Origin: a virus
Lineage: Duplodnaviria > Caudoviricetes
Reading direction: 5' to 3' (one strand)
DNA length: 64,000 bases
IMG/VR virus record: IMGVR_UViG_3300030330_000562
Span: 22,434 to 86,433 of that record
Position 1 is the stretch's first letter. Every line of letters begins with the position of its first letter. The notes beneath the pieces are model-generated. The model was not told the DNA's origin, did not search any database, and saw only the letters and a program-made list of their open reading frames with translations. The translations under genes and the position numbers were made by a program. Below are positions 26,086 through 34,914 of this stretch, piece after piece.

Positions 26086-26447
26086 TGAGATGGTTAATAT
26101 TCGTTTTATTCTTATCTGGGTGTGGTTTGAGTACTCTCCTTCCGCTAGGCGGATCAGGCGGGCCTACAGTAAATTCTAATGCACAGATAGGTGCAGAAAA
26201 TAGGCAGTCTGCAGTAAGTGTTGAGCAAAATACAACTGCAGGTAGAGATGTAATTTCAAAAGAAGTAGAGACAGGATCAGTGGGAAGCTTAGATATTATA
26301 AATACAAATATACCACCTTGGGTTATGTTACTCTTAATACTTGGTTGGCTACTACCAACACCTACAGAAATAGGCAGAGGTATAATGAATTTTATACTAA
26401 CTCTATTTGGTAGAAAAGATAATCCCAAGTATGAAAGATATAAGTAA
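26085..26447 (+). CDS. Putative spanin-like lipoprotein (lipobox plus C-terminal transmembrane segment)
   Basis: MRWLIFVLFLSG-C lipobox and WVMLLLILGWLL helix, which matches u-spanin topology. Confidence 0.65.
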   Translation: MRWLIFVLFLSGCGLSTLLPLGGSGGPTVNSNAQIGAENRQSAVSVEQNTTAGRDVISKEVETGSVGSLDIINTNIPPWVMLLLILGWLLPTPTEIGRGIMNFILTLFGRKDNPKYERYK

Positions 26448-26689
26448 TGAGAAATTACAAAAACGAGTATAAGAAGTATCAAGGTACATCTGTACAGAAA
26501 AAGAATAGGGCTTCACGTAATGCAGCTCGCAACACGTTGAAGAAAGCAGGAGTAGTAAAAAAAGGCGATGGCAAGGACGTAAACCATCGTAATGGTAATC
26601 CCAGAGACAATAGGTCAAAGAATCTATCAGTTACAACTAAACGTGCTAATAGGTCTTTTCCTAGAAATAGCAGAGCAGGAAAAAGATAA
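26447..26689 (+). CDS. HNH endonuclease-like protein
   Basis: KDVNHRNGNPRDN..KNL...NRS beta-beta-alpha-metal motif. Confidence 0.7.
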   Translation: MRNYKNEYKKYQGTSVQKKNRASRNAARNTLKKAGVVKKGDGKDVNHRNGNPRDNRSKNLSVTTKRANRSFPRNSRAGKR

Positions 26690-26985
26690 TGACGACTAAG
26701 CGTAAAAGCACAGGGATGAAGGGTCTGACTATTAAAGGGGGCCATAAACGTCCTACTAAAAAAGGCGCTGGTATGACAGCTAAAGGTGTAGCTGCGTATA
26801 GAAGAAAAAATCCTGGGTCTAAACTTAAGACTGCTGTTACTGAAAAAAAACCATCAAGTAAAGCTAGGGCTGCAAGACGTAAGTCTTTCTGTGCTAGATC
26901 CGCAGGACAAATGAAAAAATTTCCAAAAGCAGCTAAAGATCCTAATTCAAGATTAAGACAGGCTCGTAGAAGATGGCGTTGTTAG
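26689..26985 (+). CDS. Basic phage protein (DUF6321-like)
   Basis: G.T.KG...YRR.NPGS.L...RRKSFCAR...DPNSR...A.RRW.C. Confidence 0.7.
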   Translation: MTTKRKSTGMKGLTIKGGHKRPTKKGAGMTAKGVAAYRRKNPGSKLKTAVTEKKPSSKARAARRKSFCARSAGQMKKFPKAAKDPNSRLRQARRRWRC

Positions 26986-27180
26986 ATGTGGATTGCATTC
27001 GTACTTCTTTGCAGCACACCTGCAGCAATATCTTGTGAAGTGTTTCCAAAAACAGAAGCAACTTTTCCTACAGAACAGTCTTGTTTTGATGAAGCATCAA
27101 TTGTAGCTAACTATTTTCGAAGTAGAGGTTATCTAGCAAGACCACAGTGTATAAATGTTAAAACAGGAGTTTCATTATGA
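26986..27180 (+). CDS. Small secreted/membrane Cys-containing protein
   Basis: MWIAFVLLC N-terminus, TEQSC motif. Confidence 0.6.
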   Translation: MWIAFVLLCSTPAAISCEVFPKTEATFPTEQSCFDEASIVANYFRSRGYLARPQCINVKTGVSL

Positions 27181-27272
27181 AGATGATAAGATGGTTATGG
27201 AGATATTTTAGAAGAATAGGTTGTGCAATTTTAAATAAAAATTGTGGACCTGAATGCAACTGTAAGGCGTAG
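27177..27272 (+). CDS. Micro-ORF, Cys-rich basic peptide (not in the ORF track)
   Basis: MKMIRWLWRYFRRIGCAILNKNCGPECNCKA (31 aa), ATGA overlap with the upstream gene. Confidence 0.5.
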   Translation: MKMIRWLWRYFRRIGCAILNKNCGPECNCKA

Positions 27273-27276
27273 TAAC

Positions 27277-27567
27277 ATGGCTTTAACAAAACAAAATAAA
27301 ACTAAAGTTAAGAAAGTAATTAAAGGTTTAAAGAAAGCCTCTAAATTACATGCAGGTCAAGCAAAGACTTTAAAAAAAGTAAGTGGAATGTCTAAAGGTG
27401 GTAGTACAGTCAACAAAGCAGGTAACTATACCAAGCCTGGGATGCGCAAGAGTTTATTCAACTCAATCAAGGCTGGAAGTAAGGGCGGCAATCCAGGCCA
27501 ATGGTCAGCCAGAAAAGCTCAGATGTTGGCTAAACAGTACAAAGCAAAAGGCGGAGGCTACAAGTAG
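27277..27567 (+). CDS. DUF5872-like protein, N-terminal half
   Basis: NYTKPGMRK..F..IKAG.KGG.PGQWSARKAQMLAKQYKAKGGGYK. Confidence 0.7.
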   Translation: MALTKQNKTKVKKVIKGLKKASKLHAGQAKTLKKVSGMSKGGSTVNKAGNYTKPGMRKSLFNSIKAGSKGGNPGQWSARKAQMLAKQYKAKGGGYK

Positions 27568-27803
27568 TGAAGGCTCCTCAAAAGTCCCTAAAAAAGTGGA
27601 CAAAACAAAAGTGGCGTACAAAGAGTGGCAAGCCTAGTTCTAAGACTGGTGAACGTTATCTACCTACTGCGGCTATTAAGTCTCTTAGCAGCGCTGAGTA
27701 TGCAGCTACAACCAGAGCTAAACGAAAAGGCAAGGCGGCAGGTAAGCAGCATGTGGCTCAACCTAAGAAGATTGCAAAAAAGACCAGAGCCTTTAGGAAA
27801 TAA
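27567..27803 (+). CDS. DUF5872-like protein, C-terminal half
   Basis: QKSLKKWT.QKW.TKSG....TGERYLP..AI..LS..EYAATTRAKR. Confidence 0.7.
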   Translation: MKAPQKSLKKWTKQKWRTKSGKPSSKTGERYLPTAAIKSLSSAEYAATTRAKRKGKAAGKQHVAQPKKIAKKTRAFRK

Positions 27804-27805
27804 AC

Positions 27806-28111
27806 ATGGCGAAGAAACCAGATCCAAAAGTAGGAACAGGTAAAAAACCAAAAGGGTCTGGACGCAGACTATATACGGATGAGAACCCAAAAGATACGGT
27901 TCCAATTAAGTTTGCTACTATGGCTGATGCAAAAGCTACAGTAGCTAAAGTAAAAAGAATAAAAAAACCTTATGCAAGGAAGATTCAGATCTTGACAGTT
28001 GGTGAACAACGTGCTAAAGTAATGGGAAAGACAGCAATAGCAAATGTCTTTAAACAAGCTAAAGCAGACTTGCGAAGGAAACATAAAAAAGATGCCGTAT
28101 CTACAAAGTAG
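27806..28111 (+). CDS. Basic hypothetical phage protein
   Basis: 101 aa, Lys-rich, LYTDENPKDTV motif. Confidence 0.65.
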   Translation: MAKKPDPKVGTGKKPKGSGRRLYTDENPKDTVPIKFATMADAKATVAKVKRIKKPYARKIQILTVGEQRAKVMGKTAIANVFKQAKADLRRKHKKDAVSTK

Positions 28112-28772
28112 TATACCCTACTTCAAAGCATGGGTTCGTAGAGAGTATACAAAAAATTTAGAAGAATACCACGGAGAGTTTTTACATGCTATGGTAATTG
28201 GTGTAACCACCATGCCAAACAGGACTCTAAGTTTTCAAGTTATATTTACAGGTTGTGAGTCAGATTTTGATGACTCAGAAAATGTACATGGTGGTGCAAT
28301 GTGGGCAAGAATGCCTCTAACAGCACTCGTGGCAGATACCCCCCTAGAAGAATGGCCTACAGAGTTACCACCATATTTAGCACAACCCTGGGATTGTATG
28401 TCGCATACACACTCAGTATATAAATTAGAAAGAGCTACACCTGCTCCTTGGATAGCTAAGGTAGATGGTGAGTTCTATCCTGCAAAATATTACTTCACTG
28501 TAGACTACACAGATAACGAAGTAGCAGACGATCCTGCACAACATAAACAATCTCATGTTTTAGAATTGTTAGACGCAGGTGAATACACAGGTAACATGGT
28601 TGCGTTGCCCAATAATAGAGTGAGAGTAACTCACCCAGCTTGGTTTGAAACTGGACAAGGTGCTCCAGATTTTAGACCTAATCAAAATATTTATAACTCA
28701 AAAGAAAACGTAGACTATGTATGGGATACGCAACGAGTGTTTAACAATTTATATAGTGAGGAAGAACAATGA
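28092..28772 (+). CDS. Conserved hypothetical phage protein
   Basis: Likely start at MPYLQSSIP within track ORF 28044..28772. Globular and aromatic-rich. Confidence 0.7.
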   Translation: MPYLQSSIPYFKAWVRREYTKNLEEYHGEFLHAMVIGVTTMPNRTLSFQVIFTGCESDFDDSENVHGGAMWARMPLTALVADTPLEEWPTELPPYLAQPWDCMSHTHSVYKLERATPAPWIAKVDGEFYPAKYYFTVDYTDNEVADDPAQHKQSHVLELLDAGEYTGNMVALPNNRVRVTHPAWFETGQGAPDFRPNQNIYNSKENVDYVWDTQRVFNNLYSEEEQ

Positions 28773-29140
28773 AACCAGATTTTTTAGATATTGATAAAGA
28801 CGGTGATAAAAAAGAGTCTATGAAAAAAGCCTCTAAAGACCGTAAAAAGAAAAAAGGAATGGCTAAAGGTGGGGCTATGATGAAGAAAAAAGGTATGGCT
28901 AATGGTGGTGCTATGATGAAAAAGAAAGGCATGGCCAAAGGCGGAGCACAAATGAAAAAGAAGGGTATGGCTAACGGTGGAGCCATGATGAAGAAAAAGG
29001 GTATGGCTAACGGTGGAGCAATGAAAAAGAAAGCTTACGCTAAGGGTGGTAGAGTTGCCATGTATAACGTAGGTGGAATGGTTAAGTCTTCTGGTGAGCT
29101 TAATACAGGTATTGCTAGACCTAAAAATACCTACAAGTAA
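28769..29140 (+). CDS. Lys/Met/Gly-rich tandem-repeat protein
   Basis: About 5-6 repeats of KKKGMA(K/N)GGA(M/Q)M, with a DIDKDGD loop at the N-terminus. Confidence 0.8.
   Translation: MKPDFLDIDKDGDKKESMKKASKDRKKKKGMAKGGAMMKKKGMANGGAMMKKKGMAKGGAQMKKKGMANGGAMMKKKGMANGGAMKKKAYAKGGRVAMYNVGGMVKSSGELNTGIARPKNTYK
28848..29049 (+). repeat. 33-bp tandem repeat encoding an 11-aa unit
   Basis: Units differ mainly at third codon positions (e.g. ggtggggct, ggtggtgct, ggcggagca). Confidence 0.85.
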
Positions 29141-29151
29141 GGAGTAATACA

Positions 29152-29610
29152 ATGGCAGGTAAATACGATGGTATGACCTTTAAAAAAGCTTTTAATGCCG
29201 CACGTAAAGAAAAAGGTGCAGGTAAAGTTTTTACTTATAAAGGTAAAAGATATACTACTAATTTAAAAGAAGAAGAAAAGAAAATTACAAGACGTAAATC
29301 AGGTGCTCCTAAGAAATCTCTTAAACCTAAAAAACGTCCAGGTTCAGGTAGTGTAGCTGTAGAAAAAATTACAGTCACAAAACTTCCACCTGCTTTTACT
29401 ATTCCAACTAAAGGTGCTCAAGCTAAGATGAGTATTGGACAGCGAGAAGCTTTATCTAAAAAAATAGATAGGATAGAGAAAAAAATGAGAAAAGATTTTA
29501 AAGATAGTCCTAGTTTAGTAGATGATATTTTAAGAGCAATAAAAAACTTTAGAAGAAAAAATCCATCTGCTAGTCAGGTTAAAAAAGAAAAATCTAGATT
29601 TAAATCGTGA
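29152..29610 (+). CDS. Lys-rich basic protein
   Basis: FKKAFNAARK..G.GKVFTYKGKRYTT motif, 152 aa. Confidence 0.7.
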   Translation: MAGKYDGMTFKKAFNAARKEKGAGKVFTYKGKRYTTNLKEEEKKITRRKSGAPKKSLKPKKRPGSGSVAVEKITVTKLPPAFTIPTKGAQAKMSIGQREALSKKIDRIEKKMRKDFKDSPSLVDDILRAIKNFRRKNPSASQVKKEKSRFKS

Positions 29611-29617
29611 GGAATAG

Positions 29618-29854
29618 ATGAAAATAGAAGGTGATAAGGTAGTAGATCAATATGGTGCCATTCTTGCAGAGTATATTCGTGGAGAATGGCACACGAAAGA
29701 TCCTGCTGTATTAAATTTTGTAAAAGATACAGAAGAAGTAAAAGTACGTGCTCGTAATAAAAAGGGTCAACTAATTGGAGACGATCCTTCTACCCCTGAT
29801 ATAAATGAAGCTTGGACTACCAAGGTAGTTAAAAAGGTTAAAGGAAAGTCATAA
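29618..29854 (+). CDS. Hypothetical phage protein
   Basis: RARNKKGQ..GDDPSTPD.NEAW motif. Confidence 0.7.
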   Translation: MKIEGDKVVDQYGAILAEYIRGEWHTKDPAVLNFVKDTEEVKVRARNKKGQLIGDDPSTPDINEAWTTKVVKKVKGKS

Positions 29855-29859
29855 CGGGT

Positions 29860-29889
29860 TTGCATTTTTATCTATAGTAACTTACTATA
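29860..29889 (+). promoter_or_regulatory. Sigma70-type promoter overlapped by a 17-bp palindrome
   Basis: TTGCAT-N17-TACTAT, with TATAGTAA-C-TTACTATA at 29873..29889. Confidence 0.6.
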
Positions 29890-29940
29890 AAATATAGTAT
29901 AACTACTCCTGCCCAGTTAGGGCTAACATAGGAGTAGAAA

Positions 29941-30105
29941 ATGATTAAACGTTTATTTAATAGGATAATAGAAGCAAGAGCAGAATCAGCAAGACGTAAG
30001 ATTGCAAAAATGCAACTTTACAGAATGACTGATAGAGAGCTAAGAGACTTAGGAATAGGTAGATGTGATATAGAAAGGGTTGTACTGACAGGTAAAGCCC
30101 TTTGA
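29941..30105 (+). CDS. DUF1127 (YjiS-like) small Arg-rich protein (not in the ORF track)
   Basis: MIKRLFNRIIEARAESARRKIAKMQLYRMTDRELRDLGIGRCDIERVVLTGKAL (54 aa), with the L..M.DR.L.D.G..R.DI signature and SD AGGAG. Confidence 0.85.
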   Translation: MIKRLFNRIIEARAESARRKIAKMQLYRMTDRELRDLGIGRCDIERVVLTGKAL

Positions 30106-30156
30106 AAAGTACAATAACTTCTTTAATGATTCTAGGAGTACTTTGGGAGGAGGCTC

Positions 30157-30621
30157 GTGGACCCAGTTACAATAATCGGTGGAGCTACCGTAGCGTTCAA
30201 TGCATTGAAGAGAGGCTTTCAGGTAGGTAAAGATCTGCAAGATATGTCAGGACAGTTAACTCAATGGGCAAGTGCTATGAGTGATCTGTCCTACGCAGAG
30301 CAAAAAAACAAAAACCCACCTTGGTGGAAAGCACTTAACGGACAATCTGTTGAAGCTCAGGCTTTAGAAATATTTACAGCTAAAAAGAAAGCTGAAGCCA
30401 TGCGTAAAGAACTTAAAGACTGGATTAGTTTCAGTATGGGTCCATCTGCATGGGATGAGCTTGTAGCAACTGAAGGTAAAATACGTAAACAAAAGAAAGA
30501 ACAAGAATATCGTAAAGCTGAAATGCAAGAGGCAATCATAACTTGGGGTCTTTCAGGTTTTATACTCTTACTGTTTATAGGTATTTTTTCTTTCGTAGTA
30601 TATATGGTGAAATATGGCTAG
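30157..30621 (+). CDS. Hypothetical protein with a C-terminal transmembrane segment
   Basis: 154 aa, MDPVTIIGGA N-terminus, coiled coil and a terminal hydrophobic helix. Confidence 0.7.
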   Translation: MDPVTIIGGATVAFNALKRGFQVGKDLQDMSGQLTQWASAMSDLSYAEQKNKNPPWWKALNGQSVEAQALEIFTAKKKAEAMRKELKDWISFSMGPSAWDELVATEGKIRKQKKEQEYRKAEMQEAIITWGLSGFILLLFIGIFSFVVYMVKYG

Positions 30622-30982
30622 AAATTTAACAGAAAAACAACAGAAGTTTTTAGATGTATTGTTTGAAGAAGCTGGAGGTAATTTATCTACAGCTAGAAAA
30701 CTTGCAGGTTATGCAGACGGTGTATCTTCAAAAGCAATTGCAGAGTCTCTATCTGAAGAGATTGCAGAGCTAACTAAAAGATTTATTAGTTCATCGGCTG
30801 TAAAAGCTGCATATTCAATGTTTGAGGTTATGAACAATCCTACAGACTTAGGTAATAAAGAAAAGATGGCAGCAGCAAAAGATGTTTTAGACCGTAGTGG
30901 TTTTATTAAAACAGAGAAGGTAGAAGTATCTGCAGCTAACCCACTATTTATTTTACCACAGAAAGCTAATGAAGACGAATAA
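30614..30982 (+). CDS. Putative terminase small subunit
   Basis: LTEKQQKFL...A..LAGY N-terminal HTH typical of TerS, upstream of TerL. Confidence 0.6.
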   Translation: MARNLTEKQQKFLDVLFEEAGGNLSTARKLAGYADGVSSKAIAESLSEEIAELTKRFISSSAVKAAYSMFEVMNNPTDLGNKEKMAAAKDVLDRSGFIKTEKVEVSAANPLFILPQKANEDE

Positions 30983-31388
30983 AACTTGGAAGCTACCCAA
31001 ACCTGTAGAGGTAGATGGTAAGTATGAGTGGAGACCAGTTGTAAGAGTTGGAACTCACGTACCATTTGGATATAAACAAGATCCTAATGATGAGGATATA
31101 CTACTACCAATTCCAGAAGAACTAGAGTTATTTGAAAAAGCTAAAAAGTTTCTAAAGCAATATAGTTACAGAGAAGTTGCAGCTTGGCTCAGTACTCAAT
31201 CAGAACGATACATTTCTCATGTAGGTTTATATAAGAGGGTAAAAATTGAGCAACAACGTAAGAACGAAGCTTCAACTCAACGCTACCTTGCCAAAAGGTA
31301 CAAAGAAGCGTTACAAAAAGCGGAAAAGCTCGAAACCCAAAGACTTGGTTACAGAGAAAAAGTTAGCTCCAGCCCAACCGAAGCCTGA
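30969..31388 (+). CDS. Putative DNA-binding/packaging protein
   Basis: VPFGYK...E...SYREVAAWL...ISHVGL helical DNA-binding-like pattern, overlapping the TerL 5' end. Confidence 0.55.
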   Translation: MKTNKTWKLPKPVEVDGKYEWRPVVRVGTHVPFGYKQDPNDEDILLPIPEELELFEKAKKFLKQYSYREVAAWLSTQSERYISHVGLYKRVKIEQQRKNEASTQRYLAKRYKEALQKAEKLETQRLGYREKVSSSPTEA

Positions 31389-32808
31389 AGAAATAGACTT
31401 TGAAAAAGCTAGAGAGATAATATTTGAACCTAATGTTGGACCTCAAACTGACTTTTTGGCAGCAACAGAACAAGAAGTTTTATATGGAGGAGCAGCAGGT
31501 GGTGGCAAATCTTATGCGATGGTTGCAGACCCAGTGCGTTATTTGGGGAATCCAAATGCACGAATGCTACTTGTTCGTAGGAGCACAGAAGAGCTTAGAG
31601 AACTTATATCAGTAAGTAAACAACTTTATCCTAAAGCTATTCCTGGGATAAAGTTTATGGAAAGAGATAAAACTTGGGTAGCTCCATCAGGTGCTACATT
31701 GTGGATGTCCTACCTCGACAGAGAGGATGATGTCATGAGATACCAAGGTCAAGCCTTTAACTGGATTGGCTTTGACGAACTTACACAATGGCCTTCACCT
31801 TATGCATGGAACTATATGAGATCACGTCTCCGTACAACAAGGGCTTCAGGTTTGCCACTGTATATGAGAGCGACTAGCAACCCTGGAGGTCCAGGACATC
31901 AGTGGGTAAAAAGAACGTTTATTGACCCTCAAGTTCCTAATAACTCGTTCTATGCTACTGATGAAAATGGAGAGGTGATATCGTGGCCGAAAGGTCATAG
32001 TCGAGAGGGTGAGCCTCTGTTCAAACGAAAGTTCATCCCTGCCACCCTCTTCGACAATCCGTATCTGGCAGATGATGGTTTATACGAAGCTAATCTTCTT
32101 TCGTTACCTGAACATCAACGTAGACAACTACTCGAAGGTGATTGGGATATAAATGAAGGCGCAGCTTTTCCTGAGTTTAACAGAAACATACACGTAGTAG
32201 AACCTTACGAAATACCCTCTAATTGGATACACTTTAGAGCTTGTGATTATGGTTATGGTTCATACACTGGTGTTCTTTGGTTTACTATAGTTCCTGGATC
32301 TGAACAGCTAGTAGTATATAGAGAGTTATATGTATCAAAAGTTACAGCTACTGATTTAGCCGATATGATACTAGAAATAGAGGGTGAAGAGGGAGAAAAA
32401 ATACGTTACGGAGTTCTTGACTCATCTCTCTGGCATAAACGTGGTGATACTGGTCCAAGTTTAGCAGAACAAATGATTCTAAAAGGTTGTAGATGGAGAC
32501 CTTCAGATAGATCAAAAGGCTCTCGTGTAGCAGGTAAAAACGAGTTACACAGACGATTGCAGGTAGATGAATTTACAGAAGAACCCAGACTTGTGTTTTT
32601 TTCTAATTGCACTAACCTTATATCTCAGTTACCCTCTATTCCGTTAGATAAAAAGAATCCAGAGGATGTAGATACACACGCAGAAGACCACTTATATGAC
32701 GCATTGAGATACGGTATAATGACTAGACCACGAAGTAATATTTTTGATTTTGACCCTGCTGCACAACGTACAGGTTTTCAAGCATCAGATCCCACATTTG
32801 GATACTAA
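31246..32808 (+). CDS. Terminase large subunit
   Basis: Walker A GGAAGGGKS, Walker B IGFDE, TSNPGG, nuclease CDYG and DHLYDALRY. Start uncertain: there is no ATG before the Walker A region, and a TTG near 31345 is plausible. Confidence 0.93.
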   Translation: MSNNVRTKLQLNATLPKGTKKRYKKRKSSKPKDLVTEKKLAPAQPKPEEIDFEKAREIIFEPNVGPQTDFLAATEQEVLYGGAAGGGKSYAMVADPVRYLGNPNARMLLVRRSTEELRELISVSKQLYPKAIPGIKFMERDKTWVAPSGATLWMSYLDREDDVMRYQGQAFNWIGFDELTQWPSPYAWNYMRSRLRTTRASGLPLYMRATSNPGGPGHQWVKRTFIDPQVPNNSFYATDENGEVISWPKGHSREGEPLFKRKFIPATLFDNPYLADDGLYEANLLSLPEHQRRQLLEGDWDINEGAAFPEFNRNIHVVEPYEIPSNWIHFRACDYGYGSYTGVLWFTIVPGSEQLVVYRELYVSKVTATDLADMILEIEGEEGEKIRYGVLDSSLWHKRGDTGPSLAEQMILKGCRWRPSDRSKGSRVAGKNELHRRLQVDEFTEEPRLVFFSNCTNLISQLPSIPLDKKNPEDVDTHAEDHLYDALRYGIMTRPRSNIFDFDPAAQRTGFQASDPTFGY

Positions 32809-32817
32809 GGAAATAAA

Positions 32818-34914
32818 ATGGCAGAAGAAAATTTTGAAGAAATGATTATGGACATGGAACAAACAGTGTCTATAGAAGACGTTGTAGAAGAAGATTATTC
32901 AGATCCACTTACAGGTCATATTGTACAGTTTGTTAAAGATAGGTATAGTAAAGCTGATACAGCTAGACAAATGGATGAAGAACGTTGGATTCAAGCTTAT
33001 AGAAACTATCGTGGATTATATGGACCTGATGTACAATTTACATCTACAGAAAAATCTCGTATCTTTGTAAAAGTAACTAAAACAAAAGTTCTTGCAGCTT
33101 ATGGTCAAATAGCAGAAGTACTATTTGGTGGTAATAGGTTTCCAATCAGTGTTGACCCAACAATTTTACCAGAAAACGTAGAAGATACTGTTAGTTTTGA
33201 AACTAACCCTGAATTAAAGAAAGCAATTGATTCAAATATGGGTGAGTTACTTCCAGGAGAAACTATGCCAGAATTTAAAGAGCGTCTGGGTGCTTTGTCT
33301 GGTACATTAGAGCCTATTATTGATGATGTAAAACCTGGTGCAGGTAAAACTCCAACTGCAGCTCAACTGCATCCTGCTGAAGTTGCAGCTAAGAAAATGG
33401 AAAAGAAGATACATGATCAATTAGAAGAATCTCATGCAAAAAAACATTTACGTGCTGCTGCTTTTGAGTCAGCACTTTTTGGTACAGGGGTTATGAAAGG
33501 CCCATTTGCTATAGATAAAGAATATCCAAATTGGGATGAAGAAGGTAATTACTCTCCTACATTTAAAACAATTCCTCAAACTTCATCTGTGTCTATTTGG
33601 AATTTTTACCCAGATCCAGATGCTGCTACTATGGAAGAGGCAGAGTATGTTGTAGAAAGACACAAGATGTCACGTTCTCAAGTACGTGGTTTAAAAAATC
33701 GTCCATACTTTAGAGAAAATGCAGTAGATAATGCCCTAAAACTTGGTGAAAGTTATCGTAAACAGTGGTGGGAACACATCATGGAAGATAACTCAGAAGA
33801 AGATAGAGCTGATCGTTTTGAAGTTCTAGAGTTTTGGGGTTTTGTAGATAAAGAGATGATAAAAGATCAGGGAGTAGATATCCCTAAAGATTTAGAAGAT
33901 GCAGATCAACTAAGTGTAAATATCTGGATTTGTAATGGACAAGTATTAAGACTTGTAATGAATCCATTTACTCCAGCTTATATACCTTATTTTGTAGCTC
34001 CTTATGAGATGAATCCATATAGTATTTTTGGTATTGGTATTGCCGAAAATATGGACGATACTCAAACACTTATGAATGGCTTTATGCGAATGGCGGTAGA
34101 TAACGCAGCATTGTCTGGTAATCTACTAATTGAGGTAGACGAGACTAATCTCGTCCCAGGGCAAGACCTCTCCGTGTATCCAGGAAAAGTGTTTAGGAGA
34201 CAGGGAGGGGCACCTGGTCAAGCTATCTTTGGAACTAAGTTCCCCAACGTATCTAACGAGAACATGCAGATGTTCGATAAAGCAAGGGTATTAGCTGATG
34301 AATCAACTGGTTTTCCATCTTTCGCACATGGTCAGACAGGCGTTAGTGGAGTGGGTCGTACTGCTTCTGGTATTTCTATGCTTATGTCTGCTGCCAACGG
34401 CAGTATACGCAATGTAGTTAAAAACATAGATGACTATCTACTAGCACCACTAGGTAAAGCCTTTTTTGGTTTTAATATGCAGTTTGACTTTGATAAAGAA
34501 ATTAAAGGTGACTTGGAGATAAAAGCTCGTGGTACAGAAAGTCTTATGGCTAATGAAGTGCGTAGCCAACGCCTTATGCAATTTATGCAAGTGGTATCAA
34601 ACCCTGCACTCGCTCCATTCGCACGTATGGACTATATTGTACGTGAAATTGCTAAGTCAATGGATCTTGATCCAGATAAAGTTGGAAACAATATGGCGGA
34701 AGCTGCGATTCAAGCTGAGATTTTAAAAGAGTTTAGAGAAACTAATCCACCTCCTGCACCACCTCCAGGAGTAAATGCTCCTCAGAACGCACCTGCTGGC
34801 GCACAAGTGCAGGATACTCAAGGTAGTGGGGGTGGTACTATAGGAACTGGAACAGCCCCTCAGCCAGGAGAACAGGGCTTCTCAGGTAATACTGGTCAAC
34901 AACAGATACAATGA
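32818..34914 (+). CDS. Portal protein
   Basis: 698 aa directly after TerL, with GTGV.KGP, IG.AENM.D.Q and RTASG.SML patterns typical of podoviral portals. Confidence 0.88.
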   Translation: MAEENFEEMIMDMEQTVSIEDVVEEDYSDPLTGHIVQFVKDRYSKADTARQMDEERWIQAYRNYRGLYGPDVQFTSTEKSRIFVKVTKTKVLAAYGQIAEVLFGGNRFPISVDPTILPENVEDTVSFETNPELKKAIDSNMGELLPGETMPEFKERLGALSGTLEPIIDDVKPGAGKTPTAAQLHPAEVAAKKMEKKIHDQLEESHAKKHLRAAAFESALFGTGVMKGPFAIDKEYPNWDEEGNYSPTFKTIPQTSSVSIWNFYPDPDAATMEEAEYVVERHKMSRSQVRGLKNRPYFRENAVDNALKLGESYRKQWWEHIMEDNSEEDRADRFEVLEFWGFVDKEMIKDQGVDIPKDLEDADQLSVNIWICNGQVLRLVMNPFTPAYIPYFVAPYEMNPYSIFGIGIAENMDDTQTLMNGFMRMAVDNAALSGNLLIEVDETNLVPGQDLSVYPGKVFRRQGGAPGQAIFGTKFPNVSNENMQMFDKARVLADESTGFPSFAHGQTGVSGVGRTASGISMLMSAANGSIRNVVKNIDDYLLAPLGKAFFGFNMQFDFDKEIKGDLEIKARGTESLMANEVRSQRLMQFMQVVSNPALAPFARMDYIVREIAKSMDLDPDKVGNNMAEAAIQAEILKEFRETNPPPAPPPGVNAPQNAPAGAQVQDTQGSGGGTIGTGTAPQPGEQGFSGNTGQQQIQ

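Noticed and set aside
28848-29049. CRISPR-like array
   Set aside because: There are no unique spacers. The units are in-frame coding repeats with synonymous variation.
28741-29152. Antisense ORFs 28741..28986 and 28784..29152
   Set aside because: They are shadow frames of the repeat gene, which lacks stops on the opposite strand, and have no SD or operon context.
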